From contig DATJPV010000048.1 of NCBI GenBank assembly GCA_035506195.1, positions 2,011 through 66,010 of the forward strand: a DNA stretch of 64,000 nt, in the 5' to 3' direction. The notes below the pieces were generated by a model. It worked only from the letters and a program-made list of their open reading frames with translations, was not told the DNA's origin and did not search any database. This document shows positions 56,717-64,000 of the stretch, in pieces. This DNA comes from Patescibacteria group bacterium. GTDB lineage: Bacteria; Omnitrophota; Gorgyraeia; Gygaellales; Profunditerraquicolaceae. The translations under genes and the position numbers were made by a program. Each line of letters opens with the position of its first letter. Positions within the stretch are counted from its first letter, which is position 1.

Positions 56717-56797
56717 CAGCCCAAAATTCTCTGCGATAATTTTGGGCTGTTCGTCAGATTTCGCTGAATAAAAGCTTAAGGTTCTCAAGGAGGGTCT
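56717..56797 (+). promoter_or_regulatory. repeated intergenic leader element, copy C: hairpin (CAGCCCAAAATT/AATTTTGGGCTG, 9-nt loop) + TCGTCAGATTTCGCT box + SD
   Basis: The box lies at 56751-56765, and the SD CAAGGAGGG is followed by the ATG at 56798. Confidence 0.45.
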
Positions 56798-57667
56798 ATG
56801 AAAGTTTACATTAACGGCAAGATGTATGAGAAGAGCATGGCCAAGGTTTCCGTGTTTGACCACGGTCTTTTATACGGCGACGGGGTCTTCGAAGGCATCC
56901 GCGCCTATAACGGGCTGGTCTTTAAATTGAGAGAGCATATCGACCGGCTCTACGAGTCCGCCCATTCGATCATGCTGGATGTGTCGATGGCCAAGCAGGA
57001 GATGATCAATGCGGTGGTCAAGACCCTGAAGGCGAATAATCTCAAGGACGCCTATATCCGCCTTATCATTACCCGCGGCGAAGGCGACCTCGGGCTTGAC
57101 CCGCGCAAATGCAGGGGGAATGCGACCGTCATCATTATCGCCGACAAGGTGGCGTTGTACCCTGAACGGCTCTATAAAGAGGGGCTTTCCATCATCACCG
57201 TGCCTACGATCAGGAACCTTCCGGAGGCCCTGAACCCTCAGATCAAATCCCTGAATTACCTGAACAATATCCTGGCCAAGATCGAGGCGATCAATTCCGG
57301 CTCCGACGAGGCGATCATGCTCGATTCCCTCGGCTACGTGGCGGAATGCACCGGAGACAATATCTTTATCGTCAAATCGAACCACCTCTACACGCCGCCG
57401 CAATGCATGGGGACCCTGCGCGGTATCACCCGCGACACAGTGTTGGAGATCTCCAGGCGGGACAGGATCCCGGTGCACGAGCACGTGCTGACGCGCCATG
57501 AGGTGTTCATTTCCGACGAATGTTTCCTGACCGGTACCGCGGCGGAGATCATTCCCGTCGTCAAGGTCGACGGCCGGACGATCGGAAGCGGCAAGCCGGG
57601 CAAGATGACGTTGAGCCTCATCAAAAAGTTCCGGCAGGTCACCAAGACCGAAGGGGTCAAATATTGA
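56798..57667 (+). CDS. class IV aminotransferase (branched-chain amino acid / D-amino acid aminotransferase family)
   Basis: PLP fold-type IV; the N-terminal LLYGDGVFEGIRAY region and the ~290 aa length match the class. Confidence 0.75.
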   Translation: MKVYINGKMYEKSMAKVSVFDHGLLYGDGVFEGIRAYNGLVFKLREHIDRLYESAHSIMLDVSMAKQEMINAVVKTLKANNLKDAYIRLIITRGEGDLGLDPRKCRGNATVIIIADKVALYPERLYKEGLSIITVPTIRNLPEALNPQIKSLNYLNNILAKIEAINSGSDEAIMLDSLGYVAECTGDNIFIVKSNHLYTPPQCMGTLRGITRDTVLEISRRDRIPVHEHVLTRHEVFISDECFLTGTAAEIIPVVKVDGRTIGSGKPGKMTLSLIKKFRQVTKTEGVKY

Positions 57668-58194
57668 TGCTGTGCGATATCTGTAATAAAAACCAGGCCA
57701 CCGTGCATCTGACCGAGATCATCGATGATCAGATGAACGAACTGCATCTGTGCGAGGAATGCGCCCGTCAGAAGAGCGCCCAGATGGAGCAGCAGTTCGG
57801 CTTAAGCGACCTTTTGGCTGGGATGGCGCAGTCCGAAAAGCCCAACGCGGAAAAAGAGGCCTTGAACCTGAAATGCCCCAGCTGCAAGCTTACCTACGCG
57901 GATTTCAAAAAGATAGGCCGGCTCGGCTGCGGCGACTGTTATGTGACGTTCAAGAGGTTTTTAAGCCCCCTGTTAAAAAGGATCCACGGCTCAAGCCAAC
58001 ATTTCGGCAAGACCCCGTTTAAGACGGGCGGCAAGGCCGTCAGGAAAAAGGCCGACCTGCAGGAACTGCGCGCCGGGCTTCAGAAGGCTATCGAAGCCGA
58101 GGATTTCGAAGAGGCGGCAAGGCTGCGCGACCAGATCAGAGAAATGGAAAGGCAGCAGCATAACGAAGGAAAGGCGACGGAACATGACGCTTGA
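57667..58194 (+). CDS. mcsA: McsA-like protein-arginine kinase activator (2 Zn-finger pairs + UVR motif)
   Basis: It has CDICN...CEEC and CPSC...CGDC motifs, and a UVR domain FEEAARLRDQIREME. The ATG overlaps the upstream stop (TGATG). The track ORF 57520-58194 is the same frame extended upstream. Confidence 0.75.
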   Translation: MLCDICNKNQATVHLTEIIDDQMNELHLCEECARQKSAQMEQQFGLSDLLAGMAQSEKPNAEKEALNLKCPSCKLTYADFKKIGRLGCGDCYVTFKRFLSPLLKRIHGSSQHFGKTPFKTGGKAVRKKADLQELRAGLQKAIEAEDFEEAARLRDQIREMERQQHNEGKATEHDA

Positions 58195-59233
58195 TGAATT
58201 GCTGCATCATTCCAGCGAATGGCTGAAGAGTACCGGCCCCAATTCCGATATCGTTATCTCAAGCCGCATCCGGCTGGCCAGGAATCTCGATAAATTCCCT
58301 TTTCCGCACTGGGCGTCTAAAAAGCAGGGCGAAGAGGTCCTGCTTGCCATCGAAGGGGCGGTTTCGCGCGTAGAGTACCTGAAGAATACGACGGTATTCC
58401 ATCTGGCGGACTTAGACAGCGTGGATAAACAGTTCCTGGTCGAAAGGCACCTGATGTCGCATGAACACGCCCAGAAGACAAACCATAAAGCGGTCATCAT
58501 CGATAGCGAAGAGATCGTGGCGATCATGGTCAACGAAGAGGACCACCTGCGCATGCAGGTCATGCAGTCGGGCTTTAACCTGCGGGGGGCATGGGAGATC
58601 ATCAACAGCATAGACGATGCCTTGGCAAAGGAGCTGCCCATCGCGTTCCTTCCGGAGTGGGGGTACCTGACGGCCTGCCCCACCAATACCGGCACCGGGA
58701 TGCGCGGCTCCGTTATGCTGCACCTGCCGGCCCTGGTGATGACCCGTCAGATCAACCGCGTGTTGGCGGCGATCTCTAAATTAAGCTTTACTACCCGCGG
58801 CCTGTACGGCGAAGGCACGGAAGCAACGGGTAATTTCTTTCAGATCTCTAATCAGGTATCGCTGGGCCATAGCGAAGACGAGATCATCGAGAACATCAAC
58901 GGCCTGATCCGGCAGATCATCGAGCAGGAGAATCAGGCGCGGGAAATGCTGATGCTGCGCAGCAAGGCGATGCTGGAAGACAGGATCAGCCGCGGCTTCG
59001 GGATCCTCAAGAGCGCGCACATCATTTCCAGCCAGGAGACGATCGAGCTTTTGTCTATGGTAAGGCTGGGCAGCGACCTCGGCCTGCTCAAGGATATCGA
59101 CCGCCGGTCGATAAACGAGCTTTTCATCGTCACCCAGCCGGCGCACCTGCAGAAGATCGAGAACAAAAGATTGAATTCCCAGGAACGCGACTTAAAACGC
59201 GCGGAGATCATCCGCGATAAATTGAAAACCTAA
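58184..59233 (+). CDS. mcsB: protein arginine kinase (ATP:guanido phosphotransferase)
   Basis: It has the phosphagen-kinase active-site signature CPTNTGTGMR, and its length and domain order match McsB. Confidence 0.85.
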   Translation: MTLDELLHHSSEWLKSTGPNSDIVISSRIRLARNLDKFPFPHWASKKQGEEVLLAIEGAVSRVEYLKNTTVFHLADLDSVDKQFLVERHLMSHEHAQKTNHKAVIIDSEEIVAIMVNEEDHLRMQVMQSGFNLRGAWEIINSIDDALAKELPIAFLPEWGYLTACPTNTGTGMRGSVMLHLPALVMTRQINRVLAAISKLSFTTRGLYGEGTEATGNFFQISNQVSLGHSEDEIIENINGLIRQIIEQENQAREMLMLRSKAMLEDRISRGFGILKSAHIISSQETIELLSMVRLGSDLGLLKDIDRRSINELFIVTQPAHLQKIENKRLNSQERDLKRAEIIRDKLKT

Positions 59234-59248
59234 CCACGGAGGCACTGA

Positions 59249-61666
59249 ATGTTTAACCGTTTTACGGAAAGAGCGCGCAAGGTCATTATATTGGCAAAGG
59301 AAGAGGCACGGCGTTTCAACCACGACTACATCGGCACCGAGCACATCCTGCTGGGGCTTATCCGCGAAGGAGAGGGAGTGGCGGCGACCGTGTTGCAGAA
59401 GATGGGCGTATCCTTAGAGAACATCCGCCTGGAGGTCGAAAAGCTCGTCCAGCCCGGTCCTACGACCCAGATCATCGGAGACATCCCCTTTACTCCCCGG
59501 GCCAAAAAGGCGCTGGAGCTGGCGGCGGAGGAGGCCCGTTCCCTGGGGCATAATTACATCGGCACCGAGCACCTGCTGCTGGGGCTTATCCGCGAAGGAG
59601 AAGGCGTTGCTTCTCAGGTCCTTCTGAACCTGGGCTTGGATTTGAATACGGTCAGAAATGAGGTCATGGATATCCTCGGTTCGGCGCTCCCCGGCTTTGG
59701 CCAGACCGCGCAGAAAACCAAGACCCCCGCCCTGGATGCTTTCGGCAGGGACCTGACCGCCCTGGCAAAAGAGAATAAACTGGACCCGGTCATCAACCGC
59801 AAGATGGAGATCGAGCGGGTCATTCAGATATTAAGCCGCCGGACCAAGAACAATCCCGTGCTCCTCGGCGAGGCAGGGGTCGGCAAGACCGCCATCGTCG
59901 AAGGCCTGGCCCAGGCGATCATCGCCGGTAACGTCCCGGAGATCCTGCACGGCAAGCGCATCGTGGTCCTGGACCTGGCATTGATGATCGCCGGCACCAA
60001 ATACCGCGGCCAGTTCGAGGAAAGGATCAAGGCGGTCATGGAAGAGATCAAGCGCTCTCAGGAAGTGATCATCTTCGTCGATGAGCTGCATACGCTGGTG
60101 GGCGCGGGCGCTGCGGAAGGGGCGATCGACGCCTCCAATATCCTGAAGCCTTCGCTTTCCCGCGGAGAGATCCAGTGTATCGGCGCCACCACCCTGGATG
60201 AGTACAGGAAATACATCGAGAAAGACGCTGCCCTGGAACGCCGTTTCCAGACGATCATGGTTGAACCGCCTTCGGTCGAGCAGACCATCGATATCCTCAA
60301 GGGCCTGCGCGATAAATACGAGGCCCATCACCGCGTCACCTTCAAGGACGAAGCCCTGGAGGCCGCGGCGAAGATGTCCGACCGGTATATCTCGGGCAGG
60401 TTCCTGCCGGACAAGGCCATCGACCTGATCGATGAGGCGGGTTCCCGCGCAAGGCTCAACGTCCTCATCGTGCCTCCGGATATCAAGAAGCTGGAGGAGA
60501 AGGTTGAGTCTTTACGCAAGGAAAAAGAGGCATACATAAAGAGCCAGGATTTTGAAAAAGCGGCAGCCCTGCGCGACCAGGAAAGGACAGCGCGCCAGGA
60601 ATTGGAGCAGCTCAACAAGGAATGGTCCCAGGCAAAGGATAAGATGCGGCCGCAGGTAGGCGACGAAGAGATCGCCAAGATCGTTTCGCAGTGGACCGGC
60701 ATACCCATCTTCCGTCTCGAGGAGAAAGAAAGCGCCAAGCTTTTGAAGATCGAAGATGAGCTGCACGTGCGCGTTGTCGGCCAGGAAGAGGCCATCCGCG
60801 CCATCGCCTCGGCTATCCGCAGGTCCCGCGCGGGCATCAAGGATCCCCGCCGGCCTATCGGCTCCTTCATTTTCCTGGGGCCCACCGGCGTAGGAAAGAC
60901 CCTTTTGGCCAGGGCCCTGGCCGAGGTCATGTTCGGCGACGAGGACGCGCTCCTGCAGCTGGACATGTCCGAGTATATGGAGAAGTTCAACGTCTCCCGG
61001 CTCATCGGCGCGCCTCCCGGCTATGTAGGCTATGAAGAGGGGGGCCAGTTGACCGAACGGGTCAGGCGCAGGCCGTATTCGGTGGTGCTGTTGGATGAGA
61101 TCGAAAAGGCGCATCCCGACGTATTCAACCTCCTGTTACAGGTGTTTGAGGACGGTCGGCTCACCGACAGCTTTGCCAGAAAAGTGGATTTCCGCAACAC
61201 CCTGATGTTGATGACTTCTAACGTCGGCGCGGAATTGATCCGCAAGGCAAGCTCCCTGGGATTTGCCAACCGCAAAGAAGAGATCACCTACCAGGAGATG
61301 AAGGAAAAGCTCCTGGAAGAGGTAAAACGGACCTTCAAGCCGGAGTTCCTTAACCGTATCGACGACGTCATCGTGTTCAAGCCGTTGACTAAGGAAGACC
61401 TGCAGCGGATCGTCGATATCGAGATAGGCTACGTCGCTGACCGGCTCAAGGAACAGGGCATCAAGCTTGAGCTTACCCCGGAGGCAAGGGATTTTCTCAT
61501 CGAAAAAGGTTTTGATCCGGTTTTCGGCGCCAGGCCCCTGAAAAGGACCATTCAGCGCTTCGTCGAGGATTCTCTGGCTTCGGATATCATCTCCAAGAAA
61601 TTCCAGACCGGAGCAACGGTCAAGCTCTTGCGTAAAAACGAAGAGCTTACTTTTGAACAGGTATGA
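59249..61666 (+). CDS. clpC: ATP-dependent Clp protease ATP-binding subunit ClpC
   Basis: It has an N-terminal Clp_N repeat pair, two AAA+ modules (GEAGVGKTA; GPTGVGKT), a UVR linker and a ClpB_D2-small domain. It is 805 aa. Confidence 0.9.
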   Translation: MFNRFTERARKVIILAKEEARRFNHDYIGTEHILLGLIREGEGVAATVLQKMGVSLENIRLEVEKLVQPGPTTQIIGDIPFTPRAKKALELAAEEARSLGHNYIGTEHLLLGLIREGEGVASQVLLNLGLDLNTVRNEVMDILGSALPGFGQTAQKTKTPALDAFGRDLTALAKENKLDPVINRKMEIERVIQILSRRTKNNPVLLGEAGVGKTAIVEGLAQAIIAGNVPEILHGKRIVVLDLALMIAGTKYRGQFEERIKAVMEEIKRSQEVIIFVDELHTLVGAGAAEGAIDASNILKPSLSRGEIQCIGATTLDEYRKYIEKDAALERRFQTIMVEPPSVEQTIDILKGLRDKYEAHHRVTFKDEALEAAAKMSDRYISGRFLPDKAIDLIDEAGSRARLNVLIVPPDIKKLEEKVESLRKEKEAYIKSQDFEKAAALRDQERTARQELEQLNKEWSQAKDKMRPQVGDEEIAKIVSQWTGIPIFRLEEKESAKLLKIEDELHVRVVGQEEAIRAIASAIRRSRAGIKDPRRPIGSFIFLGPTGVGKTLLARALAEVMFGDEDALLQLDMSEYMEKFNVSRLIGAPPGYVGYEEGGQLTERVRRRPYSVVLLDEIEKAHPDVFNLLLQVFEDGRLTDSFARKVDFRNTLMLMTSNVGAELIRKASSLGFANRKEEITYQEMKEKLLEEVKRTFKPEFLNRIDDVIVFKPLTKEDLQRIVDIEIGYVADRLKEQGIKLELTPEARDFLIEKGFDPVFGARPLKRTIQRFVEDSLASDIISKKFQTGATVKLLRKNEELTFEQV

Positions 61667-62466
61667 TTTTTAGTCGCAACCCCATATCGGCGTCGATTAT
61701 CTTGATCGGCAAAAGGGCGATAGCCTTCGGGTATTTTCTGGGAGGCTTAAGCCGGCTGTCCTTCGAGACGTTCTACTGGGCCTTCGTGCCTCCGTACAAG
61801 AAAGAACGGATATTCGAGCAGGCCAAGAGGGCAGGCGTCGACAGCTTGCCGCTCGTTTCGCTGATCGGTTTCTTTATGGGCGTGATCCTGGCGTTCCAGA
61901 CCGCATACCTGATGCAGAAACTCGGCTCTGAAATGTATATCGCCAGTATCGTCGCGCTTTCCCTGGTGCGGGAACTGGGGCCGGTGATCACCGCGCTGGT
62001 AGTGGCCGGCCGCGTAGGCGCGGCCATCGCCGCCGAGATCGGCTCCATGCAGGTGACCGAGCAGATAGACGCGCTGGAGACCATGGCCACCAACCCCATT
62101 AAATACCTGGTGGTGCCCAGGTTCCTGGCGTTAAGCCTGATGCTTCCGATCCTGGTTTTATACTCGGACATCATCGGTATTCTCGGCGGGTATATGATCT
62201 GCGTATACCGCCTGGGGATCCCCGGCAGCATGTACATGACCATAACCTTCGACTCCCTGTTGTATAAAGATGTCTTCACGGGCCTTGCCAAGACCGTGTT
62301 TTTCGGCATGATCATCGCCCTGGTCAGCTGTTATCAGGGCTTTAACGTCGAAGGCGGAGCGGTAGGCGTGGGAAGGGCGACCATGCGTGCGGTAGTCACT
62401 ACGTTCATTCTGATCCTGGCCGCCGACTGTTTCTTTACGGCCTTGTTCTATTTTATTTTCCCTTAG
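61663..62466 (+). CDS. mlaE: phospholipid ABC transporter permease MlaE
   Basis: LVRELGPVITALVVAGRVGAAIAAEIGSMQVTEQIDALETMA is the MlaE/Ttg2B signature. Confidence 0.85.
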   Translation: MIFSRNPISASIILIGKRAIAFGYFLGGLSRLSFETFYWAFVPPYKKERIFEQAKRAGVDSLPLVSLIGFFMGVILAFQTAYLMQKLGSEMYIASIVALSLVRELGPVITALVVAGRVGAAIAAEIGSMQVTEQIDALETMATNPIKYLVVPRFLALSLMLPILVLYSDIIGILGGYMICVYRLGIPGSMYMTITFDSLLYKDVFTGLAKTVFFGMIIALVSCYQGFNVEGGAVGVGRATMRAVVTTFILILAADCFFTALFYFIFP

Positions 62467-62467
62467 C

Positions 62468-63250
62468 ATGATCGACATAAAAAATCTATCGAAGGTATTC
62501 AATAGCCGCCAGGTCATAGACGGCCTCAACCTGAAGATCGAGACCGGCCAGACCCTGGTGATCATCGGTCGTTCCGGCTGCGGCAAGAGCGTCCTGTTAA
62601 AGCACATCATCGGCTTATTGAAGCCCGACCACGGGCACATCTATATTGACGGTAAAGACGTTACCGTCTTGAATACCGACGAAATGAACGCCTTGCGCAC
62701 AAGGGTAGGCATGGTGTTCCAGGGCGCGGCACTGTTCGATTATATGACCGTAGGCGAGAACGTCGGCTTTAGCCTCATCGAACACGGCCACGTGGACCGT
62801 ACGGAACTTTTGGAGCGGGTAGAGGAATCGCTGGCGATGGTCGACCTTCACGGCATAGGCAACCTTATGCCGTCGGAACTTAGCGGCGGGATGAAAAAAC
62901 GCGTCTCCCTTGCCCGGACGATATGCAATCGCCCGGAGATCATCCTGTATGACGAGCCGACGACGGGAGTGGACCCCATCACCGCGGATAGTATCAACGA
63001 GCTTATCAGGAGCCTGCACGATAAATTAAAGGTTACCTCGATCGTCGTGACGCACGATATGAAAAGCGCCTATAAGATCGCGGACAGGATCGCGATGATG
63101 TACCAGGGCAAGATCATCGCCGAAGGGGCGCCCGCGGAGATCGAGCACAGCCAGCACCCCGTGGTGCATCAGTTTGTTAACGGCCTGGCCCATGGTCCCA
63201 TCACCGAGACCATCGAACACTGCCGGCCGGGAGATATTTGTATTACCTGA
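62468..63250 (+). CDS. mlaF: phospholipid ABC transporter ATP-binding protein MlaF
   Basis: It has Walker A GRSGCGKS, the signature LSGGMKKRVSLAR and Walker B ILYDEPTTGVD. Confidence 0.85.
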   Translation: MIDIKNLSKVFNSRQVIDGLNLKIETGQTLVIIGRSGCGKSVLLKHIIGLLKPDHGHIYIDGKDVTVLNTDEMNALRTRVGMVFQGAALFDYMTVGENVGFSLIEHGHVDRTELLERVEESLAMVDLHGIGNLMPSELSGGMKKRVSLARTICNRPEIILYDEPTTGVDPITADSINELIRSLHDKLKVTSIVVTHDMKSAYKIADRIAMMYQGKIIAEGAPAEIEHSQHPVVHQFVNGLAHGPITETIEHCRPGDICIT

Positions 63251-63277
63251 CATATTCATTACAACTGGAGGTTCGAA

Positions 63278-63967
63278 ATGATATTCGGACAAACTAAACT
63301 CGAGTTGAAGGTAGGTATCTTTGTGTTTGTGGGCCTCATCATACTTACCATCTTCATCCTGAAGATCGGCGATTTCCGGACCGCCGCTATGGGGCACCCG
63401 GTGAATTTCGTGTTCCATTTTACCAACGGCGTCAAGACCGGAGCGCCGGTGCGATTTGCCGGAGTGGACATCGGAGAGATCAAAGATATTGTTTTTATAA
63501 CCTCCAAAGACCAGGATAAGACCCAGGTCAGGCTCACCGGTTGGATCAGGAAGGACGTCAAGATCCCCCGGGATTCGACGGTCTGGGTCAACACGCTGGG
63601 CCTGTTGGGGGAGAAGTATATCGAGATCATGCCCGGCAAGAATTACGCGGACTGCGTCGTCGATAATGATACCCTGGTCGGCAACGACCCGCTGGCGATG
63701 CACGAGTTAGGAGAGATCGCCAAGAATGTCGTCATGGACCTGGATGCGGTCATCGTCAAGATCAAGAACAACGAGGGCACGATCGGCAAACTCCTGTCTG
63801 ACGAGTCCCTCTACAAAGAACTGGAAGCTTCTATCGTTGCCTTGCGCCAGCAATTGCAGGCTACCATCGGCAACGTCGGTACCAACTTAGACGGCCTGAT
63901 TAGCGATGTCAGGGCCAACCCTTGGAAGCTCTTTTGGAAGACCAAAGAAAAGCCGCCTAAAAAATAA
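63278..63967 (+). CDS. mlaD: MCE-domain protein MlaD
   Basis: It has an N-terminal TM and an MCE core (VKTGAPVRFAGVDIGEIKDI). Confidence 0.8.
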   Translation: MIFGQTKLELKVGIFVFVGLIILTIFILKIGDFRTAAMGHPVNFVFHFTNGVKTGAPVRFAGVDIGEIKDIVFITSKDQDKTQVRLTGWIRKDVKIPRDSTVWVNTLGLLGEKYIEIMPGKNYADCVVDNDTLVGNDPLAMHELGEIAKNVVMDLDAVIVKIKNNEGTIGKLLSDESLYKELEASIVALRQQLQATIGNVGTNLDGLISDVRANPWKLFWKTKEKPPKK

Positions 63968-64000
63968 ATGAAGTCCGCTAAATCCAAGACTGTTTTCAGT

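Overview
This 64 kb window is almost entirely + strand. It has about 58% GC and reads as a near-continuous polycistronic gene array from a diderm bacterium. LolCDE, MlaEFD, an OmpA-LysM protein, DUF1573, prepilin-type and ECF-sigma proteins suggest a PVC/Omnitrophota-like lineage, but that attribution is tentative. No rRNA, tRNA or CRISPR was seen.

The window has three blocks:

(i) 1-15.8 kb is a cell-envelope glycoconjugate-modification island. It holds four tandem paralogs of a TM-anchored SGNH hydrolase whose catalytic blocks are split by an inserted TPR array. It also holds a classical GDSL/SGNH hydrolase, a PAP2 phosphatase, an LhgO-like FAD oxidoreductase, a SAM methyltransferase, a GT2, an ArnT/PMT-like GT-C, and two nucleotide-pyrophosphatase-family (AP superfamily) paralogs flanking a polytopic membrane protein.

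(ii) 15.8-28.6 kb is an envelope and exopolysaccharide region. It carries an orphan prepilin, an ECF sigma/anti-sigma/Spy-like module, a processive QxxRW GT2 synthase with a small membrane partner, a membrane-anchored HNH nuclease, a GH clan-A hydrolase, and a GT-C+13xTPR protein.

(iii) 28.6-64 kb is housekeeping. It contains purB, purS-S-L, LOG, purQ, purF, purM, SPFH, purD and purE. It then has a TsaC::LMW-PTP fusion, rpiB and glyA in Bacillus ywl-like synteny, followed by dCMP deaminase, nrdR, a BFN nuclease, a metallophosphoesterase, cca, PilZ, OmpA-LysM, ptsN, a DsbD-like protein, DUF1573, htpX, lysS, lolCD, a class-IV aminotransferase, mcsA-mcsB-clpC and mlaEFD.

The most unusual items are these. 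First, the split SGNH/TPR paralog family. Second, a synthase-dependent-EPS-like locus whose TPR scaffold is fused to a GT-C domain. Third, a thrice-repeated intergenic hairpin+TCGYCAGGATTTCGCT leader element. Fourth, a Gram-positive-type arginine-phosphorylation toolkit (McsAB-ClpC plus a YwlE-like phosphatase fused to TsaC) in a diderm context. Fifth, several consensus promoters that predict leaderless mRNAs.
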